A stretch of 63,076 bases of DNA, filler included, from Reclinomonas americana ATCC 50394 (Eukaryota): the NCBI GenBank assembly GCA_048213135.1. It is 40 parts of 40 records of this genome, joined end to end, with 100 filler letters (N's around TTAATTAATTAA, not from the genome) between each part and the next. Parts side by side here need not be neighbours in the genome. Positions count along the whole stretch, not along the records: positions 49,045 to 50,517 come from AFZH01025571.1; positions 50,618 to 52,089 come from AFZH01025572.1; positions 52,190 to 53,664 come from AFZH01025573.1; positions 53,765 to 55,234 come from AFZH01025574.1; positions 55,335 to 56,806 come from AFZH01025575.1; positions 56,907 to 58,375 come from AFZH01025577.1; positions 58,476 to 59,943 come from AFZH01025578.1; positions 60,044 to 61,510 come from AFZH01025581.1; 32 more parts are not named here. One strand, 5' to 3'. The notes below the pieces were generated by a model, which saw nothing but the letters and a program-made list of their open reading frames with translations, had not been told where the DNA came from and searched no databases. This document shows positions 49,597 to 61,610 of the stretch, piece after piece. The first letter of the stretch is position 1; each line of letters opens with the position of its first letter. The translations under genes and the position numbers were made by a program.

Positions 49597-50395
49597 ATCT
49601 AACCAAGGTAACAGGGGCAACAGGGGGGGCGGGGCAAAGGTTGGGGCTGGTGCACTTTGCTCTCTCAACACAACGAAAACAGCGATTGATCGATTGTGTG
49701 AAACTGACCATGGACTTCGTTTTCGGCCAGATTTGAGATCGCGTTCGCCGAGGCCGTGCGCATCGCAGGCGCGATGAACGTGGGGAGAGAGATGGGAGTG
49801 AGTGGAGCGATGGTCGTGCGCAGTGGGGAGCGGAGTGAGAAGCGGTGAGGATTTAAAGGAGAATATCGACAAAACCGGACACACCATAAAAAACCGCGCG
49901 CCTGCTGCTGGAGAGAATAAACAACAGCATAAAATATTCTTTGGAGGGCTGTGAATCGTCGAGCGCGGCGTGGAGGGGCGGGGCGAGCTGCATCATGCAC
50001 CACATGTAGTCGTGCAAAAGACCACCGTTTTGGCCTTTGTGTCCGCGATCGCGGTGAACTGTGCGTGCAAGCTCGTCGTTCGAAACAAGTTTGAAGATGC
50101 CCAGCCACCGAATTATTCAGCCCTGCACAGTGTCGGTATGTGGCTTTGCAAGTCCGCCACTTGTTACGCTGTCTGGGAGGTCGAATTCGATCGCGAAGGT
50201 GGGGATCGAACCGACTCGGCAGCAGTGAAAGGCAAGCAAAGCGACTTGGCGTTGGAAATTCGCTTGTGCAATTCTACTGTGCACGCCGCGCTTTCGCCAT
50301 TCACAATTGCAAAGACGAACCCAAGAGCTCGAGCGAGTTACAATCACCGACATGTCGACAGGACACCTGTACGTCGCCGACCTGTTTCCGAGGAA

Positions 50396-50517
50396 ATGCG
50401 CGCACTCACAGCCCTCGTCGTCTCCGTCGCACTCGCTCTCTGCACACTGCTGCTTTCGGTCTCCGCCTTCCCGCAGCCCACCACTCTGGTCACTGTCAAT
50501 CCCGCCACACATCGCTT
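50396..50517 (+). CDS. Copy B of the secreted protein N-terminus at 31717-31838
   Basis: MRALTALVVSVALALCTLLLSVSAFPQPTTLVTVNPATHR. Confidence 0.65.
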
Positions 50518-51946
50518 NNNNNNNNNNNNNNNNNNNNNNNNNNNNNNNNNNNNNNNNNNNNTTAATTAATTAANNNNNNNNNNNNNNNNNNNNNNNNNNN
50601 NNNNNNNNNNNNNNNNNCAAGAGAAAATGATGGAAAGAAATACAATGGGGACAGGAATGACAGCTTCTATTATTCAACATCTGCATGAAATCAATGCTTT
50701 TTGTAAGTGCCAGAATCAAACCAAAAACAAACGTAACAGAGATAACGATTTCTTTTCAGATTTCACCGTCACGAAATCAAGATCAGAACGAGTCACAAAT
50801 TCTCCTACAATAAGGCAGCCTCAGTCATTTCATACTTTTTTGGCACTGAAAACGTGATTTCTTGGCTTCAAAGTGTTCACTCAGCGTGGTGATCACCAGG
50901 TAACATTGGTGCAAACACACACGCGAGGAACCTGCTGCTGCCGCAAGACTGGTGACTGTGTTGATGATTTGGATATGGTTGAAATCGGCCATCAACGCGG
51001 CTGATGCTTGTTTGTTGGTGAATGAATTTGTTGTTGTTGGAATAGAAAAAATACTGGTCAATGTGCTACACAAACACGCGTCAAATCGTTCTGTTTTGTT
51101 GTCTGCGAAATTGTGCACCATCAACTGCAAAGATAGTTGAAAACAGGGGAGTTGGAAAGGAAACTATACACCAGAATGATGTGGACACGGAGAGCAGCGG
51201 AAACGTACATCGACATGTTTGAAAAAAACAATAGTCAAGGAGCAGAGCATCAAAGACGAGAACTGATGCAACAGAGTGACGAGCGAGACAAAAATAAACA
51301 GCAAACAGGTACTCAAAAGTAAAATCTATAGCCAGGAAATAAACCGGACATGGAACAAACCGAACGAATCAATACCGGACGAATGGGTCTCCACACACAT
51401 CAAATCGTCATGACAAACACAGAATCTCGAAGCGCGTGCATTTCTGCAAAGGATTTTAACATCAGAAACGGACGGTAAAAAACACGAGAAAGCACCAGGA
51501 GGAGACACAATGGCAGCTGCTCATCGACCACGGAAACAAATGACAAGGCCGAACCAGGGCGCAAAGACTCACGCAGCTACACAAAACACAATCAATTGCA
51601 TCTAACAAACAGATTATGAGCACAACGACATACACATCAGCATTAGAATCGACTGAAACGCACCGAACAAAGGTGGAACCGGCAATATCGGGCGAATAGT
51701 AAACCAACTCTGCAAGATTAACATCACATCAAGTAGCGCTTACAACGATGCATATAACACGCAAAAGATCAACAAGGGGTCAGGGGCCATTCAGGAACAA
51801 CAAGCGAACCTCCAAGCGAACTCCGACTTAAGGACGCGCACGGGATGCGAGCTCGCTCGGAACCGGTCGCGGAGGGCAGGACTCGTGATTTTTTGTTGCG
51901 AGGCACAACAGCGGAGGGTCAGCGGCCGAGGGCCGTGGCCCGGGGG

Positions 51947-52089
51947 CCAAGGGCCAAGGGTCAAGGGCCAAGGGTCAAGGGTCAAGGGTCAAGGGTCAAG
52001 GGTCAAGGGTCAAGGGTCAAGGGTCAAGGGTCAAGGGTCAAGGGTCAAGGGTCAAGGGTCAAGGGTCAAGGGTCAAGGGTCAAGGGTCA
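51947..52089 (+). repeat. (TCAAGGG)n heptamer array running off the contig end, candidate telomere
   Basis: 16 perfect units at 51975-52086, preceded by CCAAGGG variants. The G-rich strand points to the contig end. Confidence 0.75.
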
Positions 52090-52390
52090 NNNNNNNNNNN
52101 NNNNNNNNNNNNNNNNNNNNNNNNNNNNNNNNNTTAATTAATTAANNNNNNNNNNNNNNNNNNNNNNNNNNNNNNNNNNNNNNNNNNNNAAAAAGGGGGG
52201 AATACAAAGATACAATCATGAGTGAACGAGTACCATCGCCAACAGTTGTATCAGAGAAGCACACGGAGAAGCGGAAGAGCAGCTCAAACAGAGATGAGTA
52301 CAAATGCTGCTCAAGGATCACACTCCACACAAAAACACAATTTCCACTCTCTTGCACTCTGCTGCTCCAGGCTTACTTTCCACCAGCCAC

Positions 52391-53524
52391 TCACCGCACA
52401 GCATGCTGGTTGAACTCGGAAAAGTACAACACTTCGTTGCCCGCGTCGTACACCACACTGTAGATGAAGTCCGGAGCCGGTGTCGCACTACTGCTCGTGA
52501 CCAGCGTCGTTGTGTACCCAGTCGACGACACTCGTCGTAGTGCGTTGTTTGATGACTGTGAAAACAGAAGTGAGTTCACAGAGACGCACATGGCTAACAG
52601 TTTACAGCCAAGTCGAGATAAAGAGAATTCGTGTTTTTTTTCAAAAGGAATGACATAATAGAACAACAGAATCGCAGCAAGGTGGCAAGAAGGAACGAGA
52701 AGTGTGCATCGTGGTAACTAGCGTACACATGACATAGAAACAAGGCGAACGAATCGCCCGGTGTCTCACGCACATCAGCAACAAACAGCGTGCTCGACTC
52801 CAGATCGATGGCGAGGCCTCGTGGACTGCACACGCGCACGAAACATTATCGACGACATGTCAGACACACAACACGACCTCAATCTAACGACAGCCTCAGA
52901 TCACACAACCACACGCACCCGTTGAATCGTGCCGTAGTCGCCGCACCATCTACCAATGCTCCAGTTGCTCCACACACACCAGCAAACGTCGACACCATGC
53001 CCGACGACACGTCGACAAACCGAATGCAATTATTGCTGCGCAAGAGCAATGACACGCATTAAGGAAGAAGAGAGAGAGGGGGGGAGAGAGAGAGAGATTC
53101 AGCGAGAAGTGATCGCCGGCTCATCGGCGCAAGACGCAGCAAAGGCACGCAACCCTGCTTCCACAAGGTACAAATCGCCTTTAGAGTCGCCAACAATGCC
53201 CTGCAGTGCAGACGCATCACGAAATCAAGTGTCAGTAGAAATATCATTCGCGGTCGCTCATAAGCACAAGCAATCACGCAGGAAGCAGAGACGTAACTCG
53301 CGGATCATTGAACAACGCACTCGCTCGTGCCCCATCGGTTGTTCCAGGAGTGCCCAGCGTACCAGCATACGTCGTCACCGACGACGCTGTCGTGAAATCA
53401 CTGCTCGATCGCGCCAACTCGAAATAGTTGCTGCTCGTCGCACCAGAGTTGTTCGTGATCGACCCATTCACTGTAGCCGTGTACGTAGACACTGCAGTCG
53501 CCGCGCTGCTCGTCGCAAGGGCAG
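52391..53524 (-). CDS. NHL-repeat protein fragment, multi-exon
   Basis: TYAGTLGTPGTTDGARASALFNDPR|GI, NNCIRFVD..GMVSTFAG..DGAATTARFN and PRGLAID..TLFVAD motifs. Confidence 0.85.
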
Positions 53525-54040
53525 CTGTCCCACAGAGAGAGAGAGAGAGAAATATCAACGACATGCGACAACAGGCAAAATGCGCCCCGAACATCCAACA
53601 AACCATTGCCGATAACAAGCGACGTCGTTCCGACACGCTCTGCCGTTCCCACGCCTCCGTACAANNNNNNNNNNNNNNNNNNNNNNNNNNNNNNNNNNNN
53701 NNNNNNNNTTAATTAATTAANNNNNNNNNNNNNNNNNNNNNNNNNNNNNNNNNNNNNNNNNNNNAGAGAGAGAGAGAGAGAGAGAGAGAGTGAGAGAGAA
53801 AGAGAGTGAGAGAGTGTAAGGAGAAGGCATTTGTTAGGTGACTTTAGGTGACACTCATCCTTTGCACATTTTGCACTTACAGTGAGAGTGTGCGTGACTC
53901 ACACGCGTACACACGCACACACACGCACACACACATACAGAGAGAGAGAGAGATGTGTGTTTGTTTGTGTTTTGTTGTGCCATGTTTCACGCGCGTTTCT
54001 CATTTTTGTTGGTTTTTTTTGTGTGTGTGTTTTTTCGAAG

Positions 54041-54110
54041 GATGGAACTGTGTTGACGGTTCCTCGCGATGTTGCCAACATGTCACAATTGTGCCGGAAC
54101 ATGTCAGAAG
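54041..54110 (+). CDS. SKP1-like (POZ domain) exon
   Basis: DGTVLTVPRDVANMSQLCRNMSE between AG and GT resembles SKP1 DG..F.V...VA..S..IKNM.E. Short. Confidence 0.6.
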
Positions 54111-54244
54111 GTTTGTGTGAGAAAAGAGATGTGTGTGAGAGAGGGGGGGAAATTGATGTGTGTGAATGTGAGTTGTGTGCGCGGTGTCTGTCTCATTCTC
54201 GCGGTTTCTCTCTCTCGTACGTGTGTGTGTGTGCGCGCTCTGTG

Positions 54245-54960
54245 TGAGCTTGTTTGTCTCTCACATGCGAGAAAGGAGAGAGAGAGACAAGAGATTGCAA
54301 ATGAGCTCTTGTCTCATTTCAACTCTTATGCTTCATACTCTTCTTCTTCCCCTCACTCTCACTCTCTGTCTTTCTTGTACACGTGTGCGCTCTGTGTAAG
54401 TTTGCTTGTCTCTCACATGCGAGAAAGAGAGAGAAACGAGAGATTGCAAATGAGCTCTTGTCTCATTTCATCTCTTATGTTTCATACCCTTCTTCTTTTC
54501 CTCTCACTCTCACTCTCTGTCTTTCTTGTACACGTGCCTGCTGCTTGAGTTTGCTTGTCTCTCACACGCGAGAGAGAGAGAGACAAGAGATTTCAAATGA
54601 GCTCTTCTCTCATTTCATATCTAATTCATACTCTTCTTCCTCTACTCACTCTCTGTCTTTCTCATACACGTGGTGCACGGTGCGTGAGCTTTCTTGTCTC
54701 TCACAGGCGAGAAAAGGAGAGAGAGACAAGAGAATGCAACGTTTCATGTCATCTCTTATTTCTCATTCACTACATCTTCCCCTCGCTCTCACTCTCTGTC
54801 TTTCTTGTACACGTGGTGCACGGTGCGCAGCTTGCTTGTCTCTCACATGCGAGAAAAAGAGAGACAAGAGATTGCAAATGAGCTCTTGTCTCATTTCATC
54901 TCTTATCTCTCATACCCTTCTTCTTCTGCCTCACGCACGCGCTCTGTTTCTTTCGTGTGC
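54245..54960. repeat. Intronic minisatellite, about 5 units of roughly 140-155 bp
   Basis: Recurring TTGTCTCTCACATGCGAG(AG)nACAAGAGATTGCAAATGAGCTCTTGTCTCATTTCA...TCTTTCTTGTACACGTG. Confidence 0.92.
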
Positions 54961-55187
54961 ACATGTAGAGGGGCAGAGAGAGAAACAAGTGACTGCACAT
55001 CAGCTCTGTGTCACATTTCGCGTGTACAGTCGCTGTCGTCTTTGCCTCATTTTGTCATTCTCTCTCTCGCACACATGCAAACTGCGTGATCTTGACTATC
55101 ACACGCGGGGAGAGACGAGAAAGTCAAGCGACTGCGCACCAGCTCTTGTCTCGTTTTCCCTCTGTTCTGCCGTGCTTCCCCTTTCTT

Positions 55188-55230
<43 letters not shown>

Positions 55231-55334
55231 CGCGNNNNNNNNNNNNNNNNNNNNNNNNNNNNNNNNNNNNNNNNNNNNTTAATTAATTAANNNNNNNNNN
55301 NNNNNNNNNNNNNNNNNNNNNNNNNNNNNNNNNN

Positions 55335-55429
55335 TCGGCGGTATCGTAGTCGCCGGCCTCGTACAGCTGCGTGGCCTCTTGCAGCAGCGAGATGGAGGTG
55401 GGCGAGGGCGGTGGCGATGGCTCCTCCAT
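55335..55429 (-). CDS. 5' start of a TPR-like protein (MEEPSPPPSPTSISLLQEATQLYEAGDYDTA)
   Basis: ACA-ATG context, GC3-biased codons and an A..LY..GDY..A TPR-like pattern. Confidence 0.6.
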
Positions 55430-55450
55430 TGTTGCGGTTTTATTTATTAA

Positions 55451-56248
55451 TTACAGTGTACGCGAGGACGAGGGGGCGTAGGCGGGCAGCGGAACGTCGG
55501 GATCGAGTTGTGCAAAGTAGATGCCGGTGAGTGTGATGATAATGTTGAGTGCGGCGAGTCGCGGGTTGTCCTCGTGTGGGTTCTCGGAGAAGGAGTCGGC
55601 GAGTGCGTCGCGGGCGAGGAGGGCGGAGCGGAGGAGGGAGCGGAGGGCGGCGGAGGTGTCGTCGTCGAGTGGCAGGTCGAGGCGTGCGCAAATGGAGAAC
55701 ACCCAGGCGCCGAGGCGTTGCAGTTGGGCGTCGGCGGCCTCGTCGGCCTCCACGTCGAGCTGCGTGCGCTCGGTTTCCGCGGGGGCGGAGAGCGACGAGA
55801 GCACCTGCTCGAGTTTCTCGCGAATGATCTCGACCAGGGCGCGAATGTCGACCTGGTCCAGGGCCAGCACGGCCGAGGTGGAGGGCGGCACCTGCGTGCA
55901 GTACGTCGACCAGCGCTCGGCGTGTCGTGCCACAGGTCGTCGAGGAGTGGAAGAGGAAGATGCAGGCGGTCGCCTGCTTTCTTGCACGGAGGAGAGCCAG
56001 GCGCGTGTCTCGCCGAATGAGGCGGCAAAGTGGCGCTGCCAGGTGGGTCTCGGTTGGAGCCGCGTGTGCCTGGGTGCGCTGTGTGGTGAGAACGACGAGA
56101 GTAAAACGCAAAAAGAGAGGAGGGGGAAGACCTGACGGTGGGAAGCGCGAGGGAGTGTGCAGGCAGGGTGCGCGTCTGCAGGTGGTCGTAGGCGCGCGGG
56201 TCGACGTCCAGTGCCGTCATGATTGCCGGGTGTTGGGCGGCCTCCCAC
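55451..56248 (-). CDS. GEMIN2: Gemin2 (SMN-interacting protein 1)-like, last two exons
   Basis: WEAAQ.P, P..TWQ..F...F...R, LGAWVFSICARLDLPL..DT..ALRSLLR and ALNIII.L...YF.Q.D motifs. Confidence 0.85.
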   Translation of the reverse strand: MGGRPTPGNHDGTGRRPARLRPPADAHPACTLPRASHRQVFPLLSFCVLLSSFSPHSAPRHTRLQPRPTWQRHFAASFGETRAWLSSVQESRRPPASSSSTPRRPVARHAERWSTYCTQVPPSTSAVLALDQVDIRALVEIIREKLEQVLSSLSAPAETERTQLDVEADEAADAQLQRLGAWVFSICARLDLPLDDDTSAALRSLLRSALLARDALADSFSENPHEDNPRLAALNIIITLTGIYFAQLDPDVPLPAYAPSSSRTL

Positions 56249-57138
56249 CTGTGGGTGGGGGAGGGGGGTGGGAGAAGGGTGAGGGAGGGGTGAGGGTGAA
56301 GGAGGAGGGAGGGGAGGGAGGAAGGAGGGGAGAGGTGAGGGGGGAGGGAAGGGGAGACTGAAGCAGAGTGGCTCGAATGAAGAATCCGTTGTTTCTCTGG
56401 TTGCATGTCACTCGCTCTTCTCTCAGTTGGTCGATGTATGTCTCGCTCCTTGTCCCTTGCAGCACTCTCTGTCTGACTCGGTCTCTGAGAGTCAACCTTT
56501 ACTGTGGTCACGTGTCTATCTGTCTTTGTCGAGCAGGGGAGACAGTGAGACGCGGGCAGATGGAGAAAGAATAACAGAGAGCGCAAGGGCACGGAAGCGA
56601 GGCAGGCGGCAGACTTCAGTCCCCTCTCTCTGTCTGCTGATGCACTCTCATACTCTCGACCCAGCTGTCTGTCTCAGTCAGTGAGAAGCATGCTGCATGT
56701 CAGCCTCTTCTCTCCTCTCCTACTTCCCTCTCTTTCTCCCCTCAGTTGCCTGCTTCAGTCATTCTCACTACAGACTCCTTTGTTTTTCTGTCTCATGTTG
56801 TCTCTTNNNNNNNNNNNNNNNNNNNNNNNNNNNNNNNNNNNNNNNNNNNNTTAATTAATTAANNNNNNNNNNNNNNNNNNNNNNNNNNNNNNNNNNNNNN
56901 NNNNNNGGAAGGGAGACAATGATTGAGAGAGAGAGAGACATTGGCTGCCCCAGTGATTGAGATACAGCACGCGATCGATAGACTGAGTGAGGTGTGAGCA
57001 ACCAGTGCTTCTGCTGTGTTTCTCCCTTCCACTCCTTTTCTTTCCATTTACACAACGCGATTTTACAGAGGCAGCGGCGGTGAAACGTGGAAAGCACGTC
57101 GACGCAGCGTTCTTCCGGAGCCTCCTCCTCCTGCTCGC

Positions 57139-58320
57139 ATGGAGACTGATGACGGAGGTAGTGGCAGTGGAAGTCCACCTGCTGGTGACGACGAGGTCTC
57201 CGCTGCCACGGATGACTCGATCAGCAGCAGTGGGTGCAGCAGTGGTGCGGGAACGCCGCGGGCGGATCGGCGACCGGTGCCGTCGACGGAGTATGTGGTG
57301 ATCAAGGTGGTGCAGCGGTCGCGCATGTCGTCGCATCAGCCGTTTCGGGAGCTGGAGGCGCTGCAGCAGGTGCGAGGAGAAGAAGGGAGATGTAAGGCAA
57401 TTAATGAGATGTGCGCCTCTTCCTGCTTCTCATCGCGAAGAGCGAGAGGAGAGAGAGAGGAGACAGAGGAGCGAGAGGGGAGAGCAGAACGAGAGGAGAC
57501 TGAGCAGCGAGAGAGGAGAGAACACAACGAGAGCAGCCATCACAGCAATCCTCCTGTGACCTTTCCCCTTCCCCTTCTCCTTATCTGCTCCCTCTCCTCC
57601 CCTTTCCCCTCCTGCCCCACAGACCCGCCACCGCAACGTCAACCGCCTGGTGGAATTCATCGAGACACCCACACACGTGTGCTTTGTGCTCGAGTAGTTG
57701 CGGCGACTGCCCTCTCCCCCGTTTTCCTGTCCGCCTTGTCACTCACCACACCCCGCAGTCTCGCTGGCGGCGACCTTGTCGGTCGCATCGCCCGCGGTAC
57801 CCTGACAGAGCCCGCGGCGGCACGATTCGCACGGCATATCTTGCAGGGCCTCTCGCACTGCCATGCGCGTGGAATGTTGCGTCCGGTTGACATGATGCGC
57901 CCTTTATCTTTTCTCTCACACTCGCTATTTTCCACGAGCAGTCTGCACCGTGACCTGAAGGTGAGATGCGTGGCCGCTCTTGCTCACCTTGCGTGTATCT
58001 CACCCTCTTTGACGCAGCCCGACAATGTCTTGCTCACCGAGGCACCCTGCGATGAACTGCTGGAGCAAATGAAGCACGATCCGAGTGTGGTGGATCCAGC
58101 CGCGGCACAGGTATGGCGACCACTCCCCTGCTGTAACGATCGCGGCACTTACTTTATGCCCTCAGCTGGCCGACTTTGGCTTTGCCTTTCTCAGTGCGTT
58201 ATTGTTGCTTCTGTCGCTCAACCCCTCTTCCTTCTATTGACTCCCTTTGTACTTTGTACAGTCTCTCCGCTCTCCGAATCGGATGCACGCCTGGTGGGGA
58301 CCATCCACTTTCTTGCGCCG
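57139..58320 (+). CDS. CAMK-like Ser/Thr kinase fragment with many short introns
   Basis: Spliced product VVIK..FRELEALQQ|TRHRNV..CFVLEY|LAGGDL..HARGI|LHRDLK|PDNVLL..|LADFGFA..|..VGTIHFLAP. The 5' boundary is uncertain. Confidence 0.9.
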
Positions 58321-59832
58321 GTGCGTGATGTTCGAGAGAGAGAGAAGGGAACGAGACAGAGGCTCATGAGCGCGANNNNNNNNNNNNNNNNNNNNNNNNN
58401 NNNNNNNNNNNNNNNNNNNTTAATTAATTAANNNNNNNNNNNNNNNNNNNNNNNNNNNNNNNNNNNNNNNNNNNNTACGTAGTAGAGTGAGAGAGAGAGA
58501 GAGAGAGAGAGGGAGGACGGTGTTCGGGTTGTTGAAACGCCTCCCACCAATGCATTTTGCAGTCAGAAGGCTTGTGTGAGGAGAGTTTCTTTGCTCGTTT
58601 TGTGCTTTGTTGCTGTGGAGAGGACCACGAGCAACGCATTCTTCGTCATGCAACGTCGAGGATCATGTCCAACCTCGTGATCATGACAAACGGGGACGAA
58701 CCCGCATTTCGCCGCATGCTCGTAGAGCGCTGTTTGACTGCTATATACAGGATCGACAGCATTCCCAGCTTGCACATGTTCCAGAGAGCTGTCAATCGTG
58801 TGCTGAGATCTCACTTTCAGCTGCACTTGCTGGCCGTGTTGCATCATGATCATGAACTCTTCGATTGCGCGCTCGCATGACGATGGTCTCTTTGACCGAG
58901 GAGAGCGTTGGTGGAAGGGTTAGCAGCAATCCGGGGAACTGCGCACCCAGCACGTAGAACCAGTTCGGTGCGCACCAACTGGAGACGGACGATTCAAACA
59001 AGCAGGGCTCCATTGCGCACGCAGGCAAGAAGGCATTAAACACGAGGCAACAAAAACAAATAAACAAGGCGTTCCTAGAAAATTACAGGCAGGCGGCTAT
59101 TGCTGCGATTGTTTTCCGGCCATCATCCTGCAAAACAGAAACAACGTTAACGGTCGTGAATCACCCCGCACTCCATCTTTCCCTCCATTCCCTCATACTC
59201 ACCTCCTGTGATAGGCATCGATCGTCTCTCCCGACTGGGACAGAATCACATCGGCTGGTCTCGTCGCGTCCCTCAGCGGATTCTCGTGCTCCACAGGCGG
59301 CGCTGGCGCGGCACGGCGGGGCAGAGGAGGAATGGTAGGCGGGAGACGAAGCGGTGGTGAATCAAACTGTAACTGTCGCGAGGCTATACCCGTTGGCTGT
59401 GACGACTGGGCGGGAGGTGGTGGCGGAGGAGGCAGAGGATGCGTCTGATGCGTGGCGGAGAGAGGCGGCAACTCTTGCGGCAATGACACGGGTGCTGAAG
59501 GGAGAGAGAAATAGTGAGTTTGAAGGATCTCTTCGCGAACGCAGTGAGGCGACGAACCCGGCGGCAGTGGTGGACGACGCACTGGCGTGCCTCGCTGCGG
59601 GGTAGTGGCGGCTGGACTCGTGACACTCGGTGGTTCCACGCGAGTGGTGTACAACTCGGGATACCTCGCACTCCACTGGTGCAGCTGATCCGCAATCGAC
59701 CTGCTAGCGGGGGGAAAGGAGGAGGATATCGTGTTACCAGGTGGGCGCACAGTATTCTTGAAGATAGAATACAATAGATCAAGACTCCGTCGTTCTCTTC
59801 TCGTCGCTTGTCCAACACTCTCATTTTCACAA

Positions 59833-59935
<103 letters not shown>

Positions 59936-60376
59936 CTCTTCTTNNNNNNNNNNNNNNNNNNNNNNNNNNNNNNNNNNNNNNNNNNNNTTAATTAATTAAN
60001 NNNNNNNNNNNNNNNNNNNNNNNNNNNNNNNNNNNNNNNNNNNTGTTCTCTCTCCTTCATGTCATGCACTTGCATTGTTCATGCCCCCGTGCGCCCACTC
60101 TCTCTTTCTTCTCGTCTCGCTTTGCTCTTCGTTGTTTCGATTGAGGGATGCTTGCTCGTCACTGTGCCGCGTTCCACGCTTGCTATCCTCTTCCTCCCCA
60201 CTCCGATTTGTGCCTACCCTCTTTCTCTTCTTCTTTTTGCACCCGCGTAATTGCAGCACGCTACTCCTCTCTTATTCTCCTCATTCCATCCCGTTCGCCG
60301 ATGTCTGTCTCCTTGCTTCACAACCCACTCTCTCATCTGATTGTTTTTCTCACAGTCCTTTGTTCCTGTTGCGCAG

Positions 60377-60656
60377 TGTTGGACGGTTGGGGCCGGGGGA
60401 ACACACTGGATGGGTATACTCTGTCGTCGTTACTCTCGATGGCCAGCACATCGTGAGTGGGAGTGAGGATAAAACGATCCGTGTGTGGTTCACGCCGCGT
60501 GGGCTGGCGCGGCAGGAGCTCGCTGCCGCACGACTGGCCGTGCTGGCCGTCAATGAGCTGCTTGCCGAAGATGACTGTGACTGGATCCTCGTCGACGTCG
60601 TGCTGCGGTGTTTCGTGTTGGAGGATGCAGAGATGATTGAACGCCGTGCGCCTTGA
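60377..60656 (+). CDS. Single WD40 repeat plus the same conserved tail as the 41-42 kb cassettes
   Basis: HTGWVYSVVVTLDGQHIVSGSEDKTIRVWFTPRGLARQEL..VLRCFVLEDA..*, after a polypyrimidine tract and GCAG. Confidence 0.8.
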
Positions 60657-61610
60657 TGGTGCTGGACGGAGTGAGCTCAATGAATGTACGAAGACCGATC
60701 TGTCTGTGTGCAACTCTCTCATGTTGACAGCCACACCGCCTCACACGTGCTTCTCCACTGCCTTGCCAAGTACAGGCAGCCGGTAAGCAAATACAATTGC
60801 AACACAGTGCTGTGGGAGTGCAAGAAGAGAATGCCGGGTGCGAGGTGTGTGTGGATGTGTGTGGGTGGTTGAGATGAGACCACGGAATGAACTGACACGC
60901 GTTCTGCTCGGCGTTGGGCGAGTCGTCGCTCTCTCACCCACCCACCCCTCATGTCGCCCTGTCATTCAAACACGGCGTGGATGCCAGCCTGTCACTATTG
61001 GAGCAGCGGCAAGTGGCATCATCGCCCACCTCCCCTTCTCACGCGGGCACCGCGTGTCCATGGAGAGCGCGTCAGGCATCGATTCAGATGGCCACTCTTC
61101 TCGTTACACACGCCACGGGGAGAGAGAGTGCACTTGCCCTGCGCACTCGTTTCCCGCGCGTGCGTGTGTACCCTGACAACTGGTTTGTTGCACCCACTCA
61201 CGAACTGCGCTGCTTCTTCCCTCTCTTTCTGAATCGTGTGTTGTTGGCCTCCACCCGACTCACGTGCGTGGCTCAGAGGGAGTTGATGCTCGTGGCGTGT
61301 CGAGTTGAACAGGCTCGGCGTGCATGCACGCACCCTCAATTCCGCAACATCTCGCTCACATTGCTGGTTGAGAATGGAGCACCACGACGGGGACGCAGAG
61401 AGACACAGGGCACAGAGACACAAACAGCACCGCGAGGCGCACGCACACACGGGCGAGAGAGAGTTGATTAGATGTTGATGTTCCGTCGGATGAATCAGAG
61501 TTGGTGCTTCNNNNNNNNNNNNNNNNNNNNNNNNNNNNNNNNNNNNNNNNNNNNTTAATTAATTAANNNNNNNNNNNNNNNNNNNNNNNNNNNNNNNNNN
61601 NNNNNNNNNN

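Noticed and set aside
57690..57700. Stop-codon reassignment suggested by an in-frame TAG at VLE* in the kinase
   Set aside because: Explained by an intron starting inside the codon (TA|GTTGCG...CAG|T = Tyr). TAA and TGA terminate other genes normally.
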